A stretch of DNA of 64,000 nucleotides from Eledone cirrhosa (GCA_964016885.1 CAXHJY010000267.1:1-64000), one strand, 5' to 3'. Shown: positions 50,746-62,255, counted from the first letter of the stretch. The notes: generated by a model from the sequence alone, not told the origin. Translations and numbers: made by a program.

Positions 50746-53511
50746 TCAGGTGTAGTTTTGGCGTATTTCGGGAAGCATAAGTGTCTTAAAGGATGCAGTG
50801 TCTCGGCAGCTAACAACTGACGCAGGCAGTTTGTTCCATGCTTCAGCAACTCTGAGCGTGAAAAAATGTCTACGAAAGTCATGGGAGCTGTGCTGTTTTC
50901 TGATCTTGTAGGCATGTCCACGTGTGTTAGACACATGGAGATCAAAGAGGCGCTCAGGGTTGCAGTTGGCGAGATGGTTAAAAACTTTGTGGGTATTCAC
51001 CAAGTTCATTGCCAGACGTCAGAGCTTCAATGAATCCATGCCCAGGGAAGCAAGGCGTTCAGAGTATGGTAGGTGTCTGATGGAGGGTATGCGCTTGGTT
51101 GCACGTCTCTGAACAGTTTCCAGGAGGTCAATGTTCCGAGCAAGATAGGGGTTCCAGACTGATGATGCGAATTCCAAGTGTGGTCGCACCATAGCTGTAT
51201 ACAGTTTTAAATAGATGGCTGGAGAGCGGCTAACAAAGGTCTTGCTGAGTGATGCCAAGACACCCTCGGCCTTCTTGACAATCTTAGAGACATGCTTTGT
51301 CCAACGCAAATCGTTGCTGACAGTAATGCCCAGGTCACGTTCACAAGAGGACTTTTTGATATCAGTGTTGTGGAGGGAGTATGTGGACGCTGGATTTTTC
51401 CTTCCAAAATGCATGGTGGTACACTTGTCCACAGCCAGCTTCAGTTGCCAGTCTGTGATCCATTGCTGCATTGTGTCCAGGTCTGATTGTAGGAAAGAGT
51501 TGTAAATTTCAGGATCAGCCTTTTTGATTTCAAGGTACAGCTTGATGTCATCTGCATATTTTAGTACCGTGGCATTCTGTAAGTTGGCATCTATGTCATT
51601 AATATATGCCACAAACAAAAGAGGACCAAGAACAGATCCCTGTGGTACACCAGATGATATCGCATATGGTGAAGAATGCTGTCCTAGAACCGTGACTACT
51701 TCCTTTCGGCTGAGAATGAAGGATTTCAACCAGTCGAAAAGATCATCCCTCACACCCATTGCAGAGAGTTTTGCCATAAGTCTTTTGTGTGGCACAGAAT
51801 TAAAAGCCTTAGCAAAGTCAAGGTAAACAACATCCACCCATGAGCCGCTGTCAGTGATCCGGGTGATGTCCTCAAGGAACTCGATAAGCTGATCACAGGA
51901 GCTGGAGTTAGGGATAAATCCAAACTGTGAGGGCCGGATGAGGCTGTGAGAGCTCCAGAAGTTCCAAAGTGTTTCTCTGACACAGGATTCCATCAGTTTG
52001 GCCATACAGCTAGTAAGACTGACTGGACGATAGTTGACAGGTGACATGCGGTTGCCCTTTTTGAACAGGGGAATGACACTGGCAGTTTTCCACTGCTCCG
52101 GAGTAGCACCATTGTTGAGACAGTATTGAAAGAAGAAAGAAAGCTGGCGCAAAAGGAAATACCCGCCACGTTTGAGAAGCAGGTATGTCACACCATCAAG
52201 ACCAGGGGAGGCATAGTTGCGCTTATTCTTAAGGTGACGTCGCAACATTGCAGGTGTAAATTCCATAGTTGTTATGGAATTTGATGTTAGAGATGGTGGA
52301 GATGGTACATTCTGGTTTTCAACAGTAAAAATACTTGCATAGCACTCAGCAATGAGTTCTGCACATTCCTTGGGATCGTCAGTGATCTGGTTTGTGTGGG
52401 GATTGCGAAGAGGACCAACTGGAGAGTGAGGTCTCTGCTTTGAATGAACATATTTCCAGAACACCTTACTGTCAGGATTGGTTGCGATGCACTGTTCAAA
52501 TTCAAGCACTGCCTTCTTTGTCACTTGCTTGAGATGGTTAGAAGATTTATTCCACTTTTTTCTGTTGGCATCTGATTTATGCAGTTTATATTCCCGTTCA
52601 GCGTTCCGACGTTCTTTCCTGGCAAGTCGGACCGCTGAAGTTTCCCAGATTGCACTTTTGGGGTGGTTATTTTTCCGCTTCCGTGGCATTGATGCTGCAC
52701 ATGCTATCCATATTGAGTCCAGGATGCTCTGGAGTATAGAGTTCACATCTCCAGAGTTATACATCTCATGCCAGTTTGAGCGCTGTAGCTCAGTGCAGTA
52801 CAAGTTCCAATCCGCCCTCTTCCAATCAAAGCAAGCAGATTGGAGATGGCTCTGGTTTTTGTTGCTGCCCTCAAGTGCCAGATTGGCAATGATCATAGCA
52901 TGATCATAGTCGCCTAGAGGTTCCTCAGTAGTACAACTGATAACCACTTCAGGAGTAGTGGTGAAGATCAGGTCCAAAGTGTTGTCACCTCTTGTTGGAG
53001 AGGTGACTACTTGTGACCAGTTTGAGTCCAGCACTAGTTCAAGGAAATCGTTTGCACCTTGTGGCCAACGAAAGGTTTCCCAATCGATCTCAGGATGATT
53101 GAAGTCACCTGCAATAAACACATAAGTGGCTGTTTTCTTGGCAGCAACTCTGAGGATATCGCAAAGCTGTGTGTCCTGATGGTAGTTTGGGGGACGATAA
53201 ACAACACCAAGCAGAAGTGTTGACATGGTCATACGTATGTCACAGAAAAAAACTTCTTCCTGTGATTCGTTCAAATCAACGCAAGGAATTACTGAAAAGT
53301 TTGAACGAACGTAGACCATCACACCACCACCACGGCGGTTAATGCGGTCCTTGCGGAAAAGGTTGTACCCAGTAATGCTGAAAACCCCATCACAGAGTAA
53401 GGAATGTGCCCATGTTTCCGTGACTGTGATGAAGTCAGGGTCGATGCTTCTCACGTAGGATTCGAACAGATGTATCTTGTTGCATAAACTGCGAGCATTT
53501 AAGGACAACAA
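50746..53511 (-). CDS. LINE ORF2: apurinic endonuclease + reverse transcriptase (~920 codons, one premature TGA at 51019-51021)
   Basis: APE motifs LNARS, ITVTETW, GVVYRPP, AGDFNHP, TLDLIFT, DH. RT motifs NYRPVSLTS, QFGF, YLDFAKAFNSV, GVPQGSVLGPLLF, YADD, ERDLGI. The CR1-type tail (TRGHAYK...RRHFFTLRVAEAWNKLP) continues in frame past the stop to 50746. Confidence 0.95.
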
Positions 53512-53567
53512 TTTGTACCCTGCTCGCAGTTTATGATGGTGTGTAGAGGGTGGCAGGTTGTTCTGGT

Positions 53568-53985
53568 TTAGTTTCCCAGAGTTGTAGCAGTTTTTACATT
53601 GCCAGTTATTGTGGGTAGATCACACTCAGACCAGCTGGTATCTCTCTTCCACGTTTCACCAGCCTTGACAAACCTCCAGATCTGCCCATCATCACGCAGA
53701 CTAAAACTTTCATCTTGTGCTGAGTTCCGATTCAAGGAAGCTGCAGCACGTAGCTTTGGACGTACATGGGGTGGTAGGCCTGGGCGTGTTCGGAAGGTAA
53801 TCCGATTTTCACGCCCAGCTTTAGCAGAGGCCAGATGATATGAGGTTGCCTCTGCGGGGTCCGAAAAAGACAGCCTGATGAGTCTGGGTTTTGGACCAGG
53901 TCGACCAAGGCGGAGAGCACCCGTTGGGGGAACACAGCCTAGGTCTTTGGCTGAGCTGGCAGCAAATGCCTGAAGATCAGCCTTG
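53568..53985 (-). CDS. LINE ORF1 C-terminal portion (5'-truncated)
   Basis: [16 protein letters not shown]...[20 protein letters not shown]...TTLGN*. The RLGR...PRLIRLxF motif is typical of CR1/L2-type ORF1 proteins. The upstream part of the called ORF is microsatellite. Confidence 0.75.
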
Positions 53986-54027
53986 TATATATATACATAC
54001 AAGTATATACAATAGACGTGTATATAT

Positions 54028-54060
<33 letters not shown>

Positions 54061-54365
54061 GAAATGACTGAGACATAGGTATATAATATATATATATATA
54101 TACATACAAGTATATACAATAGACGTGTATATATACACATATATATATATATATATATATATAATGAAATGACTGAGACATAGGTATATAATATATATAT
54201 ATACATACAAGTATATACAATAGACGTGTATATATACACATATATATATATATAATGAAATGACTGAGACATAGGTATATAATATATATATATATATATA
54301 CATACAAGTATATACAATAGACGTGTATATATACACACATATATATAATGAAATGACTGAGACAT
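53986..54365. repeat. TA-rich ~90-105-bp minisatellite, right part (4 copies)
   Basis: CATACAAGTATATACAATAGACGTGTATATATACACAT(AT)nAATGAAATGACTGAGACATA repeated. Confidence 0.92.
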
Positions 54366-54560
54366 AAAGTGAGATATGTTGTATTGTAAACACAACTATC
54401 GTATAAACAATTGTTGCTGTCAAAATGGAGGGAAATAAAGAGAAAATGTTTCAATAAACCTCTCCAACATTAAATAAAACTTTACTTTACCTTCTTAAAA
54501 ATGGTAAAATCCGAGTTTTTTAAAGTTTTTTTATTCAGCTTAGAAAATATCGACTTCTTC

Positions 54561-54640
54561 CAGCGGCCATTTTGATTTTACTAAACAGAGTAGACTCAAT
54601 TACGCATGCGCAGAATTTTGGTCCGCAAAGCGCATGCGCG
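54561..54640 (-). promoter_or_regulatory. Candidate promoter: two NRF1-like palindromes and a YY1-like motif
   Basis: ACGCATGCGCA (54602-54612) and GCGCATGCGCG (54630-54640). The minus strand reads CAAAATGGCCGCTG at 54574-54561, with a possible donor AAG|GTAAAG at 54490. Confidence 0.45.
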
Positions 54641-54719
54641 AAGTATATATTATATTATATTATATTATAAACAATTATATTATATTATATTATATAGTAA
54701 TAATAATTGTTTTTACTTT

Positions 54720-54840
54720 TGGCACAAGGCCAGCTATTACCCAGTGCATTACTGGTACTTTATTTTATCGACCCCGTAAGGATGAAAGGCAAAGTTAACC
54801 TCGGCGGGATTTGAACTCAGATCATACAGGGAGGTAACTC
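54720..54840 (-). mobile_element. SINE copy (same family as 50170)
   Basis: GGCACAAGGCCAG...CGACCCCGTAAGGATGAAAGGCAAAGTTAACCTCGGCGGGATTTGAACTCAG. Confidence 0.78.
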
Positions 54841-54859
54841 TGTGCTTCAAAGCATATAT

Positions 54860-55176
54860 AATTATTAATAATGTATATAAATATGTATATATATATATAT
54901 AATATAATTATTAATAATATATATACATATAAATATGTATATATATATATATATAATATAACTATTAATAATATATATACATATAAATATGTATATAATA
55001 TAATTATTAATAATGTATACACATATAAATATGTATATATATATAATATAATTATTAATAGTGTATACACATATAAATATGTATATATATACATATAAAT
55101 ATGTATATAATATAATTATTAATAATGTATACACATATAAATATGTATATATATATAATATAATTATTTATACTTA
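54860..55176. repeat. AT-rich tandem repeats attached to the SINE 3' end
   Basis: AATATAATTATTAATAAT...CATATAAATATGTATA units; the reverse complement occurs at 56416-56628. Confidence 0.8.
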
Positions 55177-55298
55177 TGGCACAAGGCCAGCAATATACCA
55201 GTGTATTACTGGTACTTTATTTTATCGACCCCGTAAGGATGAAAGGCAAAGTCAACCTCGGTGGGATTTGAACTCAGAATGGCAAGGGCCGTAACTCA
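55177..55298 (-). mobile_element. SINE copy (a further partial copy at 55325-55370)
   Basis: Same core as 50170 and 54720. Confidence 0.78.
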
Positions 55299-55379
55299 AT
55301 GCGTCAAAAATTCTTTCTACTATTGGCACAAGGCCAGCAATTAACTAGTACATTACTGGTATTTATTTTATAGTAATAA

Positions 55380-56024
55380 CTAGCAGTAAAGCCCGGCGTT
55401 GCTCGGGGTCGCTCAGTAGCTGTGTTAAAGTTACAATGTTAAGTTTCTTTTTTGGCTTAAAGTCTGTCTGCACGACTATCTGTCTGCACGACTATCTGTC
55501 TGCACGCCTAACGAAATTTACAGATACATATATTTTAAATAAACTTATATAATTTTTGCTTTTTTTAACGAAATATTTGCTTGTTTTACGTAGTCTTTAA
55601 ATAGACTTGTTTTCAAGTAAAAATATTGTTTTAAAAGGCTTTTAAATGGAAATGAAGCAAAACGGAAGCTTAGTGTTCGAACTGATGAATTTTGCTGGCT
55701 CGACAACTGTTCGTGTATTGTGGTAATGTCCTTTTAAACGCTGAGAAAGCCAGCGTAATTTATTTAATTTTTGCACGCAGAAAATGTAAACAGAACGTAA
55801 GACGCTCAATGTAAACAGAACAAAGGGAAATAACTCGTCACTTACGCTCAAAAATCGATACATTAGATTCGATTTCGTCACATAGGGTGGGTCAATTTGA
55901 AATATTTTTTTCCGATGTCTTCGCTAGGGCTCAATGTACGAGTATAGCAATTTCGGTGCAATTCCGTCAGAGATTCTAAGAGGAGATGTGTGCCAAAAAT
56001 CGATAGACAGACAGACAACCACAG

Positions 56025-56095
<71 letters not shown>
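55380..56095 (-). mobile_element. Non-autonomous Helitron (716 bp)
   Basis: Minus strand: 5' A|TCTATATA(TA)n...AAAGCTGTGGTTGTCTGTCTGTCT; 3' GC-rich hairpin CCCGAGCAACGCCGGG, 8 nt, then CTAG|T. Inserted between A and T with no target duplication; the empty site is seen at 40366-40390. Confidence 0.88.
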
Positions 56096-56242
56096 TAATA
56101 AATTTGAAGACTAAACTCCAAAGAGGGCTCGATAAGGAAAATATATATCAGATATATAAGAACCCTAGAGCAAGTATTTAATAAAATAACAGATTAAAGC
56201 AAAGAATCGCTGCTTTCACCCTTAACAGGATCTTCTGAAACT
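56096..56242. repeat. Dispersed repeat family A+B, copy 2 (module B inverted relative to copy 1)
   Basis: AGAGGGCTCGATAAGG...AAGAACCCTAGAGC followed by AAGCAAAGAATCGCTGCTTTCACCCTTAACAGGATCTTCTGAAA. Confidence 0.8.
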
Positions 56243-56254
56243 AGTTATTTTAAT

Positions 56255-56415
56255 AGTATCGGTAGAGGGTCGGACGCCATGCTTTGCAGCGAAGAGTTAC
56301 GTCCCTTTATGGTCTGAGTTCCAATCCCACCGAGGTTAACTTTGCCTTTCATCCTTACGGGGTCGATAAAATAACGTACCTGTAATACACTGGGTATTTG
56401 CTGGCCTTGTGCCAT
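56255..56415 (+). mobile_element. SINE copy with a longer tRNA-like head
   Basis: AGTATCGGTAGAGGGTCGGAC...CTGAGTTCCAATCCCACCGAGGTTAACTTTGCCTTTCATCCTTACGGGGTCGATAAAATAACGTACC...GGCCTTGTGCC. Confidence 0.78.
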
Positions 56416-56988
56416 AAGTATAAATAATTATATTATATATATATACATATTTATATGTATATATATTATTAATAATTATATTATATATATATACATTATT
56501 AATAATTATATTATATATATATACATATTTATATGTATATATATTATTAATAATTATATTATATATATATACATTATTAATAATTATATTATATATATAT
56601 ACATATTTATATGTATATATATTATTAATGTTCGATATAACACATACGTACATATGTATGTGTGTGTGTGTATATATATATATGCGTGTGTACATGTGCA
56701 TAATTACATTTATGTATACATAAATAAATGTATGCATACATCTGTATACATATATACACACATATGTATGTTTGTACACTATATATATATATATGGATGA
56801 ATGCACATATTTATAGAGAGATAGACAAAGCTTTTTCTTTCTTTTCCTCATCATATTGCAGTTTGAGTGGTCTTATACACGCATAACCTCGTAGGTAGCA
56901 ACCTTATAGTCAAGGCTAGATAAACTCAACAGCAGAGGACAACCTTGAGGAGATTAATGTGGAAGTTGAAGAACCCCACCGCCAGTAG

Positions 56989-57742
56989 ACCACTTTACAG
57001 TGTGGACTGGGTACTTTTTGTCGTGACACCTACACAACCACTTTACAGTGTGGACTGGGTACTTTTTGTCATGACACCTACATGACCACTTTACAGTGTG
57101 GACTGGGTACTTTTTGTCATGACACCTACATGACCACTCTACAGTGTGGACTGGGTACTTTTTGTCGTGACACCTACACAACCACTTTACAGTGTGGACT
57201 GGGTACTTTTTGTCGTGACACCTACATGACCACTTTACAGTGTGGACTGGGTACTTTTTGTCGTGACACCTACACAACCACTTTACAGTGTGGACTGGGT
57301 ACATTTTGTCGTGACACCTACACAACCACTTTACAGTGTGGACTGGGTACATTTTGTCGTGACACCTACACAACCACTTTACAGTGTGGACTGGGTACTT
57401 TTTGTCGTGACACATACACAACCACTTTACAGTGTGGACTGGGTACTTTTTGTCGTGACACCTACACAACCACTTTACAGTGTGGACTGGGTACTTTTTG
57501 TCGTGACACCTACACAACCACTTTACAGTGTGGACTGGGTACTTTTTGTCGTGACACCTACACAACCACTTTACAGTGTGGACTGGGTACTTTTTGTCGT
57601 GACACCTACACAACCACTTTACAGTGTGGATTGGGTGCTTTTTGTTGTGTCACCTACACAAGCACTTTTCATGGTGGACTGGGTACTTTTTGTTGTGTCA
57701 CCTACACAACCACTTTTCAGTGTGGACTGAGTACTTTTTGTC
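56989..57742. repeat. 48-bp minisatellite (~16 copies)
   Basis: Unit ACCACTTTACAGTGTGGACTGGGTACTTTTTGTCGTGACACCTACACA. It explains the 16-aa periodic ORFs. Confidence 0.96.
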
Positions 57743-57756
57743 AGACATATAATGAT

Positions 57757-58552
57757 ATAATAATGAAATTATTGTGTACAGTGCTCAGGTGCACTACAAC
57801 TCATCAAAGGTGCATGTATAGTACATAGAATAATGTACTAATGTCAGGAAAATGAACAGTGTAACAGTCATGATTTACACACAGATACATGTATGCGTGT
57901 GTATGGAGGGGGGATCTCAGGAAGCATGGAGGTTTTAAAGGATGCAGTGTCTCAACAGCTAACAACTGATGCAGGTAGTTTGCTCCATGGAGGTTTTAAA
58001 GGATGCAGTGTCTCCACAGCTAACAACTGATGCAGGTAGTTTGTTCCAAGGAGGTTTTAAAGGATGCAGTGTCTCGACAGCTAACAACTGATGCAGGTAG
58101 TTTGTTCCATGGAGGTTTTAAAGGATGCAGTGTCTCGACAGCTAACAACTGATGCAGGTAGTTTGTTCCATGGAGGCCTTAAAGGATGCAGTGTCTCCAC
58201 AACTAACAACTAATGCAGGCAGTTTGTTCCATGCTTCAGCAACTTTGAGCGTAAAAAAATATTTCCGAAAGTCATGGGAGCTGTGCTGTTTTCTGACTTT
58301 GTGGGCATGTCCACGTGCGATAGACACATGGAATTCAAAAAGGTGCTCAGGATTGTTGTTGGAAAGATGGTTAATCATTTTGTGGGTGTCTACCAAGTCA
58401 GTTGCCAGGCGTCGGAGCTTCAATGTATCCATGCCCAGGGCAGCAAGGCGCTCAAAGTATGGTAGATGCCTTATGGAGGGTATTCGCTTGGTTGCACGAC
58501 TCTGAACAGTTTCCAGGAGGTCAATGTTCTGAGCAAGATAGGGGTTCCAGAC
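57757..58552 (-). mobile_element. Second, heavily 5'-truncated copy of the CR1 LINE (ORF2 C-terminus + 3' UTR)
   Basis: VWNPYLAQNIDLLETVQSRATKRIPSIRHLPY...AEAWNKLP aligns with 51159-50780; the 3' UTR matches 50470-50582. Confidence 0.92.
57925..58229. repeat. 61-bp tandem amplification (5 copies) of a LINE ORF2 segment
   Basis: CATGGAGGTTTTAAAGGATGCAGTGTCTC...CAGCTAACAACTGATGCAGGTAGTTTGTTC at 57925, 57986, 58047, 58108 and 58169; single copy in the long LINE (~50776-50840). Confidence 0.93.
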
Positions 58553-58857
58553 AACCAAACATACACAACCCAATCACAAAATATTTACAACAACAAATGT
58601 TAATAGTTTTATTTTGAAATTTGATATTTATTCAATTTTTTTGCCATATATGGTAATTTGTATATAGATATCAAAAAGAAAGAAAGAAATGAAAAAAAAA
58701 AGAAAAAGAAAAACAAGTTTTATTGAATGTATTAATAATACATTGATTGTTGTTGTTGTTGGATTAATTTAATAATTTTTTTTTAGGTTTTTAAAAAATT
58801 TTTTTTATTGTAAACTGCTCCTGTGATATGACATAAAAAAACAGAGGTTATCTACAT

Positions 58858-59537
<680 letters not shown>

Positions 59538-59549
59538 TTGAGTGGTGGA

Positions 59550-60330
59550 GGTAGATAGATAGATATATTGATGGGAGGGGGATAGACAGATTGGTAGATA
59601 GAGAGAGAGAGGGAGATAAATAGATAGAGAAAGAGAGCGAGAGAGAGGGAGAGATAGATAGAGAGAGAGAGGGAAAGATTTATAGATAGAGAGAGAGTGA
59701 CAGAGATAGAGAGAGAGGGAGATAGATAGAGAGAGAGTGAGAGAGAGAGGGAGAAAGACAGATAGAGAGATAGAGAGAGAGAGAAAAAGAGAGAGAGAGG
59801 GATAGAGAGGGAGGGTGAGATAGAAAGAGAGCAAGAGATATATAGAGAGAGGGAGGGATAGAGAGAGAGGGAGAGATAGATACATGGTAGGTAGAAGAGA
59901 GAGAGAGAGACATTTAATTAGGTACAGGTGTGGGTAGATAGAGAGAGAGATAGAGAGAGGGAGAGGGAGAGAGAGAGATAGATAGATACATGGTAGATAG
60001 AAGAGAGAGAGAGAGATACATGGTAGGTAGAAGAGAGAGAGAGAGATACATGGTTAGGTAGAAGAGAGAGAGAGAGAGACATTTAATTAGGTACAGGTGT
60101 GGGTAGATAGAGAGAGAGAGAGAGATACATGGATAGGTAGAAGAGAGAGAGAGAGAGACATTTAATTAGGTACAGGTGTGGGTAGCTGGGTATATAGATA
60201 GAGAGATAGATAGATAGAAAGACAGGTAGATAGATACATGGATAGGTAGATAGATAACAAGATGGATAGATGGGGGGAAAGATAGAAAAGTTGATAGATA
60301 GATAAGTTGGTAGGTAGATAGATAGACAGA
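59550..60330. repeat. Polypurine (GA)n/(GATA)n tract with three embedded copies of GACATTTAATTAGGTACAGGTGTGGGTAG
   Basis: The embedded motif is at ~59908, ~60078 and ~60157. Confidence 0.92.
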
Positions 60331-60755
60331 CTAATCTTTTAGGCAAGCTTTATTTCAAAATGGTAACTAAAACTTTAGTTTTAATTATATCAAAAGATTA
60401 AAATCAACGTTGCATTGTGAAATATATATATTTTTTTCTAACTCATTCAAAACTATTTGAAAGGAAGCTGTGTTGTTGCTGTTGTTGTTGTTATTGTTAA
60501 TGTTGTTCTTGTCCTTGTTGCTGTTGTTTAGCCAAAGGACAGTCCTTATCATGCAGGGTTTCTACAAGAGACTTTCCAGTCCATCAATAGGAATTTCTTG
60601 TTATGAGGGCAACATGTGAAAACATCTTCTCTATTGTGTCTGAGCCCCTTGTATTGTGTATTAAATATTTTTGGTGGTAAGGTTGTGTAATTTGAGGCAG
60701 GCATAGCTACCATTTCTAGCCACTCAATCCATTTACAGCATGGAGGCTTCCTCGT

Positions 60756-60983
60756 TATATATATGTGTGTGTATGTTTGTGTGTCTATACATGTGCATGT
60801 ATCTATCCGTGTGTGTGTGTGTGTGTATCTATATATATATGTATATATAAATATATATATGTATATATCTATATATATATATGTATATATAAATATATAT
60901 ATGTATATATATCTATATATATATATGTATATATAAATATATGTATATATATATATATATATATGTATGTATATATAAATATA

Positions 60984-61015
<32 letters not shown>

Positions 61016-61176
61016 AATATATATATGTATATATAAATATATATATGTATATATATATATATATATGTATGTATATATATATGTATGTATAAATGTATAT
61101 AAATGCATAAATGTATATATATATATATGTATATATATAGATATATATATATATATACACATACATATATATATAT
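60756..61176. repeat. (TA)n-rich microsatellite
   Basis: Direct inspection. Confidence 0.93.
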
Positions 61177-61201
61177 AAAACCGTAGAGCAAATATTTATT
61201 A

Positions 61202-61326
61202 TAAGAACAGATTAAAGTTTAAGCAAAGAATCGCTGCTTTCACCCATAACAAGATCTTCTGAGTTTCAGAAGATCCCGTTAAGGGTGAAAGCAGCGATTC
61301 TTTGCTTAAACTTTAATCTATTCTTA
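61202..61326. repeat. Long palindrome: 61-bp arms, 3-nt spacer (module B in both orientations)
   Basis: 61202-61262 versus 61266-61326, 4 mismatches by manual comparison. Confidence 0.92.
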
Positions 61327-61426
61327 CAATATATATATATATATATATAACGAAGGAGGTGTGGTAAGGAACCAGATGGACCATAACGCACCAGAGTACT
61401 CAATACTTAGGGTAGTAGAGTGGGTA

Positions 61427-61507
61427 ATAGGAAAATGTTTGACACTGACGGAAAATGTTTGACCGTCGAAACGGCTTGAGCTCTGTTGTCGGGGTCAAAC
61501 ATTTTCC

Positions 61508-61510
<3 letters not shown>
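61427..61510. mobile_element. 84-bp segment bounded by perfect 17-bp inverted repeats (mini-MITE-like)
   Basis: ATAGGAAAATGTTTGAC (61427-61443) and GTCAAACATTTTCCTAT (61494-61510), with an extra direct copy of the core at 61450-61463. Confidence 0.55.
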
Positions 61511-61539
<29 letters not shown>

Positions 61540-61551
61540 TATATATATATA

Positions 61552-61601
<50 letters not shown>

Positions 61602-61609
61602 TATATATA

Positions 61610-61684
<75 letters not shown>

Positions 61685-61780
61685 ATTTATATATATATAT
61701 ATTTATATATATATATATTTATATATATATATATTTATATATATATATTTATATATATATATATATATATATATAAATAC

Positions 61781-61876
<96 letters not shown>

Positions 61877-62106
61877 ATTGAATATAAATGTATACACACA
61901 CATATATATCTGTGTTTGTGAGTGTATGTTTGCGTACTACATGCATGTGTGTGTGTATGTATATATATATATGTGCGTGTGTGTGTGTGCGGGAGGTAAA
62001 TGATATTTCAAAGTGAATTGGAAAGGGAGTCATCGCGACCCGGGCAAGCAAATCGTCTTTTTATGTTCAGTATAAAAGAAATGTGTGTACACATGTATGT
62101 ATATGA

Positions 62107-62166
<60 letters not shown>

Positions 62167-62207
62167 GTGTGTATGTGTGTGTATGCGTGTTCATATATAC
62201 ATATATA

Positions 62208-62255
<48 letters not shown>

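Larger units (their letters stand above)
50452..53985 (-). mobile_element. CR1-clade non-LTR retrotransposon (LINE), 5'-truncated within ORF1, with duplicated 3' UTR and (ATT)n tail
   Basis: Contains an ORF1 C-terminus, an APE+RT ORF2, a 3' hairpin GTGC-ACCTG[G/A]-GCAC and a TTTCATTATTATT tail on the minus strand; flanked by (TA)n. Confidence 0.93.

Noticed and set aside
50924-53838. Plus-strand ORFs overlapping the LINE
   Set aside because: Antisense shadows of the RT/APE frame with no independent motifs.
53986-54454. N-terminal half of the 275-aa ORF as part of ORF1
   Set aside because: It is Y/I-rich microsatellite translation that happens to be in frame with the truncated ORF1.
56255-56335. 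tRNA gene
   Set aside because: Only a degenerate B-box in a SINE head; no cloverleaf can be drawn.
56954-57828. Cys/His-rich repeat proteins (CRCHDKKYPVHTVKW)
   Set aside because: A 48-bp unit is a multiple of three, so open frames arise on both strands; no unique flanking coding sequence or splice support.
61445-61485. CTGACGG...CCGTCGAAAC hammerhead-like string
   Set aside because: The core is CUGACGG rather than CUGANGA, and stems I and III do not form.
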